The position numbers were made by a program, and so were the translations under genes. Source: Candidatus Moraniibacteriota bacterium (lineage in GTDB: Bacteria > Patescibacteriota > Minisyncoccia > Moranbacterales > UBA9337). From it: DNA of 49,758 nucleotides. Shown in pieces: positions 1-10,391 of the stretch; position 1 is the stretch's first letter, and each line of letters starts with the position of its first letter. The stretch is from NCBI GenBank assembly GCA_023229615.1, contig JALNYX010000003.1, positions 1 through 49,758 on the forward strand, given 5' to 3'. The notes beneath the pieces were generated by a model, which saw only the letters and a program-made list of their open reading frames with translations, made no database searches and had not been told where the DNA came from.

Positions 1-796
1 TTCACTCCAAGCACTGCGACGTTTTCACTGAAAACTGCATCAGAAACCACCACCATCCAATTTGGAACATCAACCGATAAACCAATCATCGGTGATTGGG
101 ATGGAAACGGAACTGATGAAATTGGTGTTTTTCGTCCGAGCACGGCTACATTCTACTTAAGGAATGCTGCCGGAACCGGATATACCACCGTTATATTCGG
201 GGCGTCTACTGATTTGCCAATTGGATGGAAATTAAGCACGCAAACCGGTACTATATATGAATTTGAGAATGTATCAAATAATCACACTATAAATGTTACA
301 TTTTCAAGTACGACTCTCACGACCTACTCCATTACCGCTTCAGCTGGAACTAGCGGAACAATTTCTTGTTCTCCATTAACCGTAGAATATGGAGAAAGTT
401 CAACTTGCACAGCAATTGCAAATACTGGATATAACTTAACAGATTTAACTGTTGATGGGACCGCGGTTAGCATATCCACAAATCCGTATACATTTTCAAA
501 TGTCACAACAAATCACACCATAACCGCAACATTCAGTGAAATTGTATTATCAGATACTCAATCAAACATCGGAACCTTCACTCCAAGTACTGCGACTTTT
601 TCACTGAAAACTGCATCAGAAACCACCACCATCCAATTTGGAACATCAACCGATAAACCAATCATCGGTGATTGGGATGGAAACGGAACAGATGAGATTG
701 GTGTTTTTCGTCCGAGCACGGCTACGTTCTACTTAAGGAATGCTGCCGGAACCGGATATACCACCGTTGTATTCGGGGCGTCTACTGATTTACCAA
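1..796 (+). repeat. Intragenic ~220-bp direct repeat (1-220 vs 577-796)
   Basis: ttcactccaag...gcgtctactgattt recurs at offset 576 with a few, mostly synonymous, substitutions. Confidence 0.9.
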
Positions 797-1206
797 TCAT
801 CGGTGATTGGGATGGAAATGGAACAGATGACATCGGTGTTTTTCGTCCGAGTACAGCAACGTTCCTTTTAAAGAATGGAACAGAAACCACCTCTATTCAA
901 TTTGGATCATCCACAGACAAGCCCATGATCGGCGATTGGGATGAGGATGGGATTGATGAAATTGGTGTTTTTCGTCCGAGTACTGCAACATTTTATCAAA
1001 GAAATGATTCGGGTGGATATGCCACAATTGTATTCGGAACATCTACTGATTTGTCGATAATCGGCGATTGGGATGAGGATGGGATTGATGAAATTGGTGT
1101 TTTTCGTCCGAGTACTGCAACATTTTATCAAAGAAATGATTCGGGTGGATATGCCACAACTCAGTTTGGATCAGTTGGCGATTTACCTATAATCGGAAAC
1201 TGGTAG
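1..1206 (+). CDS. Surface/secreted repeat protein, 3' part (FG-GAP/VCBS-like GDWDGDGxDxIGVFRP repeats plus Thr-rich Ig-like repeat domains)
   Basis: Frame 1 is open from base 1 through the listed ORF 214..1206. It has repeated IGDWDG(N/D)GxDEIGVFRPSTATF units and YTFSNVTxNHTI(N/T)xTFS units. The 5' end lies outside the window. Confidence 0.75.
   Translation, partial: FTPSTATFSLKTASETTTIQFGTSTDKPIIGDWDGNGTDEIGVFRPSTATFYLRNAAGTGYTTVIFGASTDLPIGWKLSTQTGTIYEFENVSNNHTINVTFSSTTLTTYSITASAGTSGTISCSPLTVEYGESSTCTAIANTGYNLTDLTVDGTAVSISTNPYTFSNVTTNHTITATFSEIVLSDTQSNIGTFTPSTATFSLKTASETTTIQFGTSTDKPIIGDWDGNGTDEIGVFRPSTATFYLRNAAGTGYTTVVFGASTDLPIIGDWDGNGTDDIGVFRPSTATFLLKNGTETTSIQFGSSTDKPMIGDWDEDGIDEIGVFRPSTATFYQRNDSGGYATIVFGTSTDLSIIGDWDEDGIDEIGVFRPSTATFYQRNDSGGYATTQFGSVGDLPIIGNW
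928..1160 (+). repeat. Intragenic ~100-bp direct repeat (928-1028 vs 1060-1160)
   Basis: atcggcgattgggatgaggatgggattg...ggatatgccacaa is repeated at offset 132. Confidence 0.9.
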
Positions 1207-1223
1207 CCCAACAAAAGAACCGG

Positions 1224-1256
1224 GGCATTTTCTCGCAATGAGAAAATGCCTTTTTT
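1224..1256 (+). terminator. Rho-independent terminator
   Basis: ggcattttctc-gcaat-gagaaaatgcc 11-bp stem followed by tttttt. Confidence 0.85.
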
Positions 1257-1330
1257 ATTTCAAATATGAGATCTTTACTCTCCTGCTATATATTGCTATA
1301 ATTACATAAAATTAAACACAATCTAATTCA

Positions 1331-2032
1331 ATGATTTTAGAACACCAAAATAAAAAAATATTCCTTCTTATTCCTGCATACAATGAAGAAAGAAAAATAG
1401 GTCAAGTAATAGATTCCCTTAAAAAATCAGGCTATCATGATATTTTAGTTATTGACGATGGAAGCAAAGATAAAACAGCGGAATATGCTAAAAATTCCGG
1501 AGCGGAAATTTTACGTCATATAATTAATCGTGGCCAAGGGGCTTCACTCAGGACAGGAATTGAATATTTGCGAGAAGAATACAATCCCGATATCATCGTC
1601 ACCTTTGATGCAGATGGGCAACATCGAGTAGAAGATATTGCATTATTATTAAAACCGGTTATTGATAATGAATTTGATATCGCACTGGGATCAAGATTTT
1701 TGTGCAAAAAATGCCACATGACTCCGATGCGTAAACTTATCTTAAAGGCTGGAATAATTTTTACCAGACTCATTTCAAGAATAAACCTAACTGATACCCA
1801 TAATGGATTTCGAGCTCTTGGAAGAAAAGCGATTGATTCTATAAAAATTTCCCACCGAGGAATGGAGCATGCTTCTGATATTATTGATGAAATATCCGTA
1901 AAAAAACTTAAATACAAGGAAGTTCCAACGGAAATAATTTATTCCAAATATTCTATTCAAAAGGGAACTAATAAAAATATTGACTTCATTAAAATGGGAA
2001 TTAAAATAATTTTAAATAAAATTTTATCATGA
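1331..2032 (+). CDS. GT2 glycosyltransferase, polyprenol-phosphate mannose synthase (DPM1)-like
   Basis: IPAYNEE, IDDGSKD, NRGQG, TFDADGQH, GSRF and DTHNGFR motifs. Confidence 0.9.
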   Translation: MILEHQNKKIFLLIPAYNEERKIGQVIDSLKKSGYHDILVIDDGSKDKTAEYAKNSGAEILRHIINRGQGASLRTGIEYLREEYNPDIIVTFDADGQHRVEDIALLLKPVIDNEFDIALGSRFLCKKCHMTPMRKLILKAGIIFTRLISRINLTDTHNGFRALGRKAIDSIKISHRGMEHASDIIDEISVKKLKYKEVPTEIIYSKYSIQKGTNKNIDFIKMGIKIILNKILS

Positions 2033-2370
2033 ACATATTAACACTTATTATCGCTATTTTTGTTATATTTGCCATTTCAAGGGTATTTTTAAGGTATAAG
2101 GGAAAAGAAATTTCCTTACGAGAAATGATTTTTTGGAATTTTATATGGATGATTGTACTAATTGTTGTTTTATTTCCCAATCTAACGACAAATATTGCAA
2201 AAATAATCGGAATAGGAAGAGGGGTTGATACGGCGTTTTTTATTTCAATACTTTTATTATTTTATTTAATTTTTAGATTATATGTAAAAATCGATAAAAT
2301 AGACAAAGATATTACGGAGTTAACGATACAGACATCAAAAATAATTCACAAACAAGAAAGAAAAAGATAA
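2029..2370 (+). CDS. DUF2304-family small membrane protein
   Basis: Three TM segments and a GIGRGVD motif; this family commonly follows DPM-like GT2 genes. Confidence 0.8.
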   Translation: MNILTLIIAIFVIFAISRVFLRYKGKEISLREMIFWNFIWMIVLIVVLFPNLTTNIAKIIGIGRGVDTAFFISILLLFYLIFRLYVKIDKIDKDITELTIQTSKIIHKQERKR

Positions 2371-2385
2371 AACCAGAAAAAGAAT

Positions 2386-3507
2386 ATGAAAATTTGCCTA
2401 GTAACAGAACACTTTCCTCCCCACATTGGAGGAGTAGAGATTGCATTCCACGAATATGCCAAAATACTTTCACAAAAAGGACACACTGTTCGAGTAATTA
2501 CAAGCAACTCTGGAGGAATAACAGGAAAAATAAATTCTACAAATAATCTTGAAATTTACCATCTAAAATGCAAGTCTTTTTTTGGTCATCCTATTATTTC
2601 AAAAAAAGAATTAAAAAAACATATCGAATGGGCGGACATAGTCCATACCACAACATTCACAGCCGCCTTGCCCGCAGTTAATCTTTCTTGTGCATACAAA
2701 AAACCTTGCGTCATTATGGTGCATGAAGTTTTGAAGGAAAAATGGTTTCAAATTGAAAAAAATCCAGTAAAGGCTCTTGCATTTTTAATTTTCGAAAAAT
2801 TTGTACTTAGCAAAAAATACACTGCGTGGCACACAATTTCTCAAGCTACAAGAAACGACCTGGAAAAATACAAGATACCAAAAGAAAAAATAAAATTAAT
2901 TTATCATGGAATAGATTACAACATCTGGAACAATCACATAAAAGAAAAAAGCCTGAATGAATTATTTAATATAGACAAGGATGATTTAATATTTTTTTAC
3001 AGTGGTCGTCCTGGAAAAACAAAGGGAACATTTCTGCTTCTTGAGGCAATTAACAAGATAAGAAATGACATCCCAAAAAATTTCAAATTTGGATTCATGC
3101 TCAGCAAAGACCCAGAGGAAGAAAGAATTTCATTTGAAAAAATAGTAAGAACACACAAACTTAATAATCTTATTAAAATAAGCGATTCTCTTCCCTATCA
3201 AGAAATACCAGCATATAGAAAAAATTCATTTGCATTCATTGTTCCATCCTTAACAGAAGGATTTGGTTTTTCCGCCGCTGAAGCTTCGGCACTCAATATC
3301 CCTATCATATCAAGCGACACTGGATCACTTCCTGAAGTAACTAGTGGGAAATTATTAATATTCAAAAGCGGAGATTCAAATGATTTATCAAGAAAAATAT
3401 TGATGGCTACTCAAAATAAATTCAACATTATTCCGGAAAAAAAGTTTTATTGGAACGACTCAATAATTAAAATTGAAAAGTTATACAATGAACTATTAAA
3501 AAAATGA
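2386..3507 (+). CDS. GT4 glycosyltransferase
   Basis: N-terminal PPHIGGVE and C-terminal EGFGFSAAEA (EX7E) motifs. Confidence 0.9.
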   Translation: MKICLVTEHFPPHIGGVEIAFHEYAKILSQKGHTVRVITSNSGGITGKINSTNNLEIYHLKCKSFFGHPIISKKELKKHIEWADIVHTTTFTAALPAVNLSCAYKKPCVIMVHEVLKEKWFQIEKNPVKALAFLIFEKFVLSKKYTAWHTISQATRNDLEKYKIPKEKIKLIYHGIDYNIWNNHIKEKSLNELFNIDKDDLIFFYSGRPGKTKGTFLLLEAINKIRNDIPKNFKFGFMLSKDPEEERISFEKIVRTHKLNNLIKISDSLPYQEIPAYRKNSFAFIVPSLTEGFGFSAAEASALNIPIISSDTGSLPEVTSGKLLIFKSGDSNDLSRKILMATQNKFNIIPEKKFYWNDSIIKIEKLYNELLKK

Positions 3508-4436
3508 ATAAAGTAATAATTTGCATACCAACCTATAATCGAACTGAGCAGATAAATAGCCTTTTTAAGGATCTATCAAAACAAGAAGATCAAAAATTTT
3601 CAGTTGTCATCTTGAATGACGGCGCGAATGCAGACACCAAAAAAATTCTACAAAATAAAAATCCTGCCTTCAAATTCTACCTTTTCGAGTCGTCAAGACC
3701 AAGTGGACTCCCTTGCGCAAGGAACAAAATACTTGATTTTATTAAAAGAAATAAAATCGACAACAATGGAACATTTGTAGCTTTTCTTGATGATGACCTG
3801 ATTATTGATAAAAATTTTATTTCACAAATAAAAAAATATTCCGAAAAATTTGATGGGTTTTGTTTTAGAATTATTCAAAGGGGATCTGCTACTACTTTCG
3901 ATTTTACTAAAAATGAAGCATTGAAAAAAATATTCTCTCCTTTAATCGGAACCATTTCTCCGTTTTTTGGATTTTTCTTCGGGGGCTACTACATAAAAAC
4001 GAATAAGATAGTAAAAATAGACCATTTGAACGGAGGATGTTTAATTTATAATTTTTCAAAAAATAAAAACGAACGGTTTGATTTAAGTTTAAACGAGGGA
4101 AACTTTGTCGCTGAAGACACTTGTTTTTCATATGGACTCAAACTTAAAGGAAATGACCTCAGATTTATTGGAAACTACAGCTATATACATAATCCGCCCG
4201 ATACCGGAGGTTGCAGGATAGAAGATAAAAAAGAAAGCTTTTATTGGTATTGGAAACACAAGTTATATATTTTCAAAAAATATCATGGCTTCCCTATTCT
4301 ACTACTAGCTCTATTTTTTTCTTTCCTGGAAAGCATTATACTGTCTATAATATTTAAAACAAATCTCATTGAAAAATACATTAAAGCTACAAAAACATAT
4401 GCCAAAAATTTCAGTCATAATGGCTGCTTGGAATGA
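3504..4436 (+). CDS. GT2 glycosyltransferase
   Basis: IPTYNR, FLDDD (DxD) and AED motifs. Confidence 0.85.
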   Translation: MNKVIICIPTYNRTEQINSLFKDLSKQEDQKFSVVILNDGANADTKKILQNKNPAFKFYLFESSRPSGLPCARNKILDFIKRNKIDNNGTFVAFLDDDLIIDKNFISQIKKYSEKFDGFCFRIIQRGSATTFDFTKNEALKKIFSPLIGTISPFFGFFFGGYYIKTNKIVKIDHLNGGCLIYNFSKNKNERFDLSLNEGNFVAEDTCFSYGLKLKGNDLRFIGNYSYIHNPPDTGGCRIEDKKESFYWYWKHKLYIFKKYHGFPILLLALFFSFLESIILSIIFKTNLIEKYIKATKTYAKNFSHNGCLE

Positions 4437-5193
4437 ACAAAAAATCTTTCTGAAAAAATCCATCGAAAGCATTTTAAATCAAACATTTACTGATCTTGAG
4501 TTTATTATAATAGACAATAACAGCCCAGAGGAAAACTCTGCCCTATTGGATAGTTACGCAAAAAAAGATAATCGCATTATTATCATAAGAAACAAAACCA
4601 ATATAGGACTGACAAAATCACTAAATATAGCAATAAAAAAATCCCAGGGAGAATTTATCGCAAGAATGGATGGTGATGACATATCGCTTCCAGATAGACT
4701 CTCCGAACAACTATCATTTCTCAAAAAAAATCCAACCATTGATATCATTGGAGCTAATTGCAATTTTATAAACAAAAACGATGAAATAATTAAGAAAAAA
4801 ACGATCAAGCGACCATCTAATATAAAAACTAAACTATTTAAGGGAAATTTTTTTACCCACAGCACATTTTTTGGCAAAAGAAAAGCTTTCGAGGAATTGT
4901 ATAATGAAAACTTCAAAAGAGCCCAGGATTATGAATTCCTCCTTAGGTTGGCCGGAAAAGGGTACGAGATAGATTATCTAGAAGACATTTTGTTAAATTA
5001 CCGCATAAATAAAGATGGAGTATCATTTGTTAATTCAAAAGAACAGGAGCTATTCTCCCTAAAAGCAAGAATTATTGCTATACTTAATTATAATTATAAT
5101 CCACTCTTATTTCCTTATATACTAAAAGGAGCATTAAGCTTTTTACTTCCATGTAAATTAAAACATCTTATTAATTTTAAGGCACTGCTATGA
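4399..5193 (+). CDS. GT2 glycosyltransferase
   Basis: Likely start is the ATG at 4399 (MPKISVIM). SILNQTF, ARMDGDD and QDYEF motifs. Confidence 0.9.
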   Translation: MPKISVIMAAWNEQKIFLKKSIESILNQTFTDLEFIIIDNNSPEENSALLDSYAKKDNRIIIIRNKTNIGLTKSLNIAIKKSQGEFIARMDGDDISLPDRLSEQLSFLKKNPTIDIIGANCNFINKNDEIIKKKTIKRPSNIKTKLFKGNFFTHSTFFGKRKAFEELYNENFKRAQDYEFLLRLAGKGYEIDYLEDILLNYRINKDGVSFVNSKEQELFSLKARIIAILNYNYNPLLFPYILKGALSFLLPCKLKHLINFKALL

Positions 5194-6296
5194 AAAATAA
5201 ATTAATTCTATTTTTTACACTCGGGACATCCTTGGACGATTGGAATAAAAATGGAAGCATCGATCGCGAAATAAATATATATAAAAAACTCCTAATATAT
5301 TTTGATGAAATATATTTTTTGACATACGGAAAAAATGACCGCAAATATTCTTACATGCTTCCAGAAAATATAAAAATACTGCCTAAAAAAATAAGTGTCA
5401 ATAATTTTCTATATTCGCTACTTATTCCATATTTATATAAAAAAGAAATAAAAGAATCAAACTGGCTGAAAACCAATCAAATGATCGGGGGTTGGAGTGC
5501 CATAATCTCAAAATATGTTTTCAATAAAAAAATAAACATGAGAACTGGATACACCCAAAGTCTTTTCCTTTTAGATTCAAGCATATTTAAAAAAATTTTA
5601 ATATACTTAATAGAACTATTGTCATATAGATTTGCAAATTTTTCAACCGTTACCAGCGAACATCAAAGAAGATATATCTCCAATAGATACAATGCTAAAA
5701 ATATGCATATTATTCCAAATGGAATAGATATTAATCTATTTAAGCCACTTAAAAATACAACCATTCAAAACAAAACAAAGCTTCTTTTTATCGGGAGATT
5801 GCATCCAGAAAAAAACATCATTAATTTAGTAAATGCAATACAAAATATTCCAAATATATCATTGGAAATAATTGGAAACAGCGGTATATTAAAAAACAAC
5901 ATATTGAAATTACGTAAAAAATATAAATTAAGTATCTCCCTAAGCGCCAACATTCCTAATTCTTCCCTTCCGAAAATATATTCAGAAGCTGATATATATA
6001 TTCAACCTTCCTTATATGAAGGCAATCCAAAAACAATCCTAGAGGCAATGAGCTGTGGATTGCCCGTAATTGCTTCAAATATTGATGGGACAAAAAATAT
6101 AATAAAACATAAGGAAAATGGCTTTTTATGTGAAACATGTTCAAATTCAATAAAAAATGCCATACTAACACTGAAAAATAATAATAAACTTAGAGATATT
6201 ATTGGATCAAAAGCAAGGAAATACATCAAAAAAAATTACGCGCTGGATAAATGCATCGAAAAAGAAATAAAATTATATGAAAGATATTCCCAATGA
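5190..6296 (+). CDS. GT4 glycosyltransferase
   Basis: IPNGID, GRLHPEKN and EGNPKTILEAMSCGLPVI motifs. Confidence 0.9.
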   Translation: MKNKLILFFTLGTSLDDWNKNGSIDREINIYKKLLIYFDEIYFLTYGKNDRKYSYMLPENIKILPKKISVNNFLYSLLIPYLYKKEIKESNWLKTNQMIGGWSAIISKYVFNKKINMRTGYTQSLFLLDSSIFKKILIYLIELLSYRFANFSTVTSEHQRRYISNRYNAKNMHIIPNGIDINLFKPLKNTTIQNKTKLLFIGRLHPEKNIINLVNAIQNIPNISLEIIGNSGILKNNILKLRKKYKLSISLSANIPNSSLPKIYSEADIYIQPSLYEGNPKTILEAMSCGLPVIASNIDGTKNIIKHKENGFLCETCSNSIKNAILTLKNNNKLRDIIGSKARKYIKKNYALDKCIEKEIKLYERYSQ

Positions 6297-7914
6297 TAAA
6301 GTAAGAAATTTCATATTCGAAAACAGATGGATAATATTAGCTTCCATTTTTTTTATTATCTGGAAATTTTTTTTAATTGGCGTCCTATGGAATGACCGAA
6401 ACATTCCTCCCGAACCAGATGATGCATATATTTACATTGGAAATATAAATTCAGTAGCGCAGTGCGACAAAATATTATGCAACTATCCATACATATCATT
6501 AAAAAACTATACCGGGTACACATATTTATCCTATCGGGTTTTTTTTGGATTAATTTCTAAAATATCGAGGATTGATCCGACTACAATTTTTTATTTAAGT
6601 TTTTATTTTGGAATATTAATATTATTGCCTGTTCTTATTTACTTTCTTAAATCATTAACTCGCAATAAAAATATAATTGCTCTTTCGATTTTTTTCCTCT
6701 CCTTGTATAACGGCAGTGGCGCATATCATGGTTTTTTTTGGGTTGTTCCGAGTTTTTTTTCAGTACTTCTGTTCATGCTTATATTTTCTACATTAATGCA
6801 AAATATTAAACATTGGAAATTGATATTTCTAATACTACTACCTATTTTTATATACATGCATCCTTCGAGCATATTTTCATTAACAGCATTTATCATATTC
6901 TTCATTATCTATAGCTATCTCGAAAAAAAAATGGATAAAACTATCCTCAAAAAAATTATCTTTCTATTATTAATCGCATCTATATCTTATTCATTGCCAG
7001 CACTTTTTATAGATAAAAATCCACTGGGAGTGAAAAATACAATAGAATCAATTGTACAAAAAAAACAATCCATAAAATCCATTACGAGCGTTGTTCCAGT
7101 TTCAACAACAACAAAAGAAGAAGAAAAGAAAATAACAACTATACCAAAATTAAAAAATGATGAAATTTTTCCTGGATTAAAATCTATAACAAAGAATTAT
7201 TTAAGATGGATATTCCCTCATTATATACTCATAGCTCCATTCATATTAACTATTTTTATGCTTATTTTCTATAAAGAAATAAAATTAATTTCCCTATATT
7301 TATCACTCTTTTTATTTGTATTATTTTCATCGCTAAACATTTACGGGTCCAGATCCCTTGCTTTTATTTGGCCCATAACATTCATACTATACTCTTTCGG
7401 TTTTTGGCACTCTATTGAATTCATAAATAAACACATAAAAAACAAGGTTATCTCAAGATTAATAAAAATAATTGCATACGCATCTGTGTCATTTTTTATA
7501 ATAATAAATATTTTGTATTCTTTTTTATGGAATCAGTATACCAATAATAGAAATGACATACATATAGATAAAAACTTTTCAAGATATCTTTTGGATAATG
7601 GAGAAAAAAATGATCAGTTTATATATCTTGAAAAAGTTCTCTTCTCATATTCACTTTCAACTCCGCTAATTAATAGAATCCACACGGAGATACCCGATTC
7701 CGCTAAATATCTAGTAGCATTAGACACTCAAAGCAATGCATCCGGACAAGTAGCTAACATCGACAAATTCTATGGTATAATTTCAAAAGTACTAAAACGT
7801 GAAAGAAAAAACATTCAACTGCCGCAAAAAAAGGAAATCCCTGCTAATTTTAAATTGGATAAAGAATTTGAATCAATAAAAATATACATAAACACACTAA
7901 AATATACTCAATGA
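6277..7914 (+). CDS. Polytopic membrane protein, possibly a GT-C glycosyltransferase or glycan polymerase
   Basis: About 11 TM segments and an acidic PEPDD motif after TM1 (GT-C-like); lies inside the glycan operon. Confidence 0.55.
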   Translation: MKDIPNDKVRNFIFENRWIILASIFFIIWKFFLIGVLWNDRNIPPEPDDAYIYIGNINSVAQCDKILCNYPYISLKNYTGYTYLSYRVFFGLISKISRIDPTTIFYLSFYFGILILLPVLIYFLKSLTRNKNIIALSIFFLSLYNGSGAYHGFFWVVPSFFSVLLFMLIFSTLMQNIKHWKLIFLILLPIFIYMHPSSIFSLTAFIIFFIIYSYLEKKMDKTILKKIIFLLLIASISYSLPALFIDKNPLGVKNTIESIVQKKQSIKSITSVVPVSTTTKEEEKKITTIPKLKNDEIFPGLKSITKNYLRWIFPHYILIAPFILTIFMLIFYKEIKLISLYLSLFLFVLFSSLNIYGSRSLAFIWPITFILYSFGFWHSIEFINKHIKNKVISRLIKIIAYASVSFFIIINILYSFLWNQYTNNRNDIHIDKNFSRYLLDNGEKNDQFIYLEKVLFSYSLSTPLINRIHTEIPDSAKYLVALDTQSNASGQVANIDKFYGIISKVLKRERKNIQLPQKKEIPANFKLDKEFESIKIYINTLKYTQ

Positions 7915-8714
7915 AATATTTTGATAAAATAAACAATCAACTCATTTTTATAAAGAAAAAATCTACCCCGATGTTTTGGGACAAACACTGGGAAAATTTC
8001 GATATTTCCAATGAAATAAAAAAAGGGTCCAGAGATCAATTTATATCAAGAATAACAAAACGATACATTACGCCATCAACTACTAAAAAAATATTAGAAG
8101 GAGGGTGCGGAATGGGGCAATTCGTTTATTCATTGGAAATTAATGGGTACAATGCCTATGGAATAGATTATGCGAAAAAGACCATCAAAAAAATAAATGA
8201 ATCGATGCCAAGTCTAAAAATATCATTTGGGAATGTACAAAATACCCAATTTCCTGATAATTTTTTCCATGGATACTGGTCACTAGGAGTAATCGAACAT
8301 TTTTTTGAAGGATATGACAATATAATCAGTGAGATGAGTAGGATAATAAAACCCAAGGGCTATCTCTTTATCACATTTCCATACATGTCGCCTATACGAA
8401 AAATAAAATCCAGATTTGGATTATATACCATCTTTTCAAGAAAAAAATTTCAAAAAAATGATTTCTATCAATTTGCTCTTGACTATAAAAAAGTACAACG
8501 AGATATAGAAAAAAAAGGATTTAGTCTAGTCAAAAAAATGCCTTTTGATGGTATAAAGGGCTTAAAGGATGAAATAACTATCATAAAACCATTATTGCAA
8601 AAAATATATGACAGTCAGAATATTTTCATACGTATCTTAAAAATAACCATTTCAGCATTATTCTCCCCCCTAACTAGCCACTCCATTCTATTAGTATTTA
8701 AAAAAAATGATTAA
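7911..8714 (+). CDS. Class I SAM-dependent methyltransferase
   Basis: ILEGGCGMG motif I and GVIEHF. Confidence 0.85.
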   Translation: MKYFDKINNQLIFIKKKSTPMFWDKHWENFDISNEIKKGSRDQFISRITKRYITPSTTKKILEGGCGMGQFVYSLEINGYNAYGIDYAKKTIKKINESMPSLKISFGNVQNTQFPDNFFHGYWSLGVIEHFFEGYDNIISEMSRIIKPKGYLFITFPYMSPIRKIKSRFGLYTIFSRKKFQKNDFYQFALDYKKVQRDIEKKGFSLVKKMPFDGIKGLKDEITIIKPLLQKIYDSQNIFIRILKITISALFSPLTSHSILLVFKKND

Positions 8715-9333
8715 ATTATTAATTCAATTCTTTGTCCATATAAACAATTTCTCTTATAAAGTGATTAGTGTTTTGGTTGTAAAAGAAGGGAAAGGAATTC
8801 ACCCAAAACACACAATAATAAAGTATCACGACTTTTTTATAGAAAATACATCAAACAATGATAAGGTACTCGATATTGGTTGCGGGAATGGATCCGTTGC
8901 TTTCGATTTATCAAAAAAAGCAATGTCTGTTATAGCCATCGACATCGTAAGAAACAACATCAATACGGCCAAAAAAAAGTTTACTAACAATAATCTTAAA
9001 TATATACTAGGAGATGCAACGACTTATAATTTTAATAGAAAATTTGATATCGTTATTCTTTCAAATGTTTTAGAACACATTGAAAAAAGAATTGAATTTC
9101 TTTCAAAAATAAGCATTCTGGCTCCGAAAATTCTTATTCGCGTTCCCCTACTTACCCGCGAGTGGCTCTCCGTGTACAAAAAAGAAATCGGGATGGAATA
9201 TAGACTTGATAGCACTCATTTCATTGAATACACAGAAGAAAATTTCGCCAGTGAAATAAGCGCATCTGGGATGAGAATAGTCAGCTACTATGTAAAATTT
9301 GGAGAATTATATGCTATTGTAGAAAAAAAATGA
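8707..9333 (+). CDS. Class I SAM-dependent methyltransferase
   Basis: VLDIGCGNG and SNVLEHI motifs. Confidence 0.85.
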   Translation: MIKLLIQFFVHINNFSYKVISVLVVKEGKGIHPKHTIIKYHDFFIENTSNNDKVLDIGCGNGSVAFDLSKKAMSVIAIDIVRNNINTAKKKFTNNNLKYILGDATTYNFNRKFDIVILSNVLEHIEKRIEFLSKISILAPKILIRVPLLTREWLSVYKKEIGMEYRLDSTHFIEYTEENFASEISASGMRIVSYYVKFGELYAIVEKK

Positions 9334-10391
9334 TATTAAACACATATCTTACATTTATAAAAGATTCTTTTCTAAATATTTTTCTTAGTAAAAACTATGA
9401 TCTTTTTTATGTTGTGGAAAATGCAAACTGGTCAACGGACTGGGATGGAAAATATATAGTAGATAATTTAAACAAACAAAAACTAATCAGAAGCAGAATT
9501 ACAACGACAACATTTGGGTTGAGGAATAAAATACTGCATTTTGGCTCAGTAAATACATTTATTTCTGAGAATGGTCCGAAAATAATTCATCCATCAAACA
9601 AAATAATCCTCACTTGGTTTCACGTATCTCCAAATGATCCAAGAATAAAATACATTCCAGAATTAAATACCAAGGCACAAGCAATTCACACATCTTGCAA
9701 TTTAACAAAAAATAAGCTCATCCAGTTAGGTCTAGAAGAAGAAAAAATCATTGTTATTCCATTAGGCGTTGATTTGAGCATATTTCAACCATGCACATCT
9801 TCCGAAAAATTAAAAATAAGAAAAGAACTTGGACTTCCTCAAAATAAAATAATCATTGGGTCATTTCAAAAAGACGGCAACGGATGGAAGGAAGGACTAA
9901 CACCAAAAATGATCAAAGGTCCGGATATTTTCTGCGATATCATCGAAAGATTAGCGGAAAGATTGCCAATCTATGCTTTATTAACCGGTCCCGCAAGAGG
10001 CTATGTAAAAAAAAGGCTCGAAAATGCACACATTCCCTATAAACATAAGTTTTTAAAAAATTATCCCGATATCATAAATTTTTATAAAGCATTGGATCTT
10101 TATTTGGTAACATCTAGGGCGGAAGGCGGCCCAAAAGCCCTTCTAGAGTCAATGGCATGCGGAATTCCCATCATTTCCACTTCCGTCGGAATGACTCCTG
10201 ACATAATAATTGATTTACAAAATGGAATAATAATTGACACTGATATAAAAAATTCAACTGAAAAAATTATTTCTCTTATTGAGGACAATGAGAAGCTGGA
10301 AAAAATATTAAAGAAAGAAATTGAGGCCATAAAAAAATTTAATTGGGAAAAAATAGCAATAGAATATTTTGAAAAAATATATGAAAAATAA
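9330..10391 (+). CDS. GT4 glycosyltransferase
   Basis: IPLGVD, KGPD and EGGPKALLESMACGIP motifs. Confidence 0.88.
   Translation: MILNTYLTFIKDSFLNIFLSKNYDLFYVVENANWSTDWDGKYIVDNLNKQKLIRSRITTTTFGLRNKILHFGSVNTFISENGPKIIHPSNKIILTWFHVSPNDPRIKYIPELNTKAQAIHTSCNLTKNKLIQLGLEEEKIIVIPLGVDLSIFQPCTSSEKLKIRKELGLPQNKIIIGSFQKDGNGWKEGLTPKMIKGPDIFCDIIERLAERLPIYALLTGPARGYVKKRLENAHIPYKHKFLKNYPDIINFYKALDLYLVTSRAEGGPKALLESMACGIPIISTSVGMTPDIIIDLQNGIIIDTDIKNSTEKIISLIEDNEKLEKILKKEIEAIKKFNWEKIAIEYFEKIYEK

Noticed and set aside
1..1160. Diversity-generating retroelement TR/VR pair in the surface protein repeats
   Set aside because: Differences between copies are mostly synonymous and not adenine-specific, and no reverse transcriptase gene is in the window.
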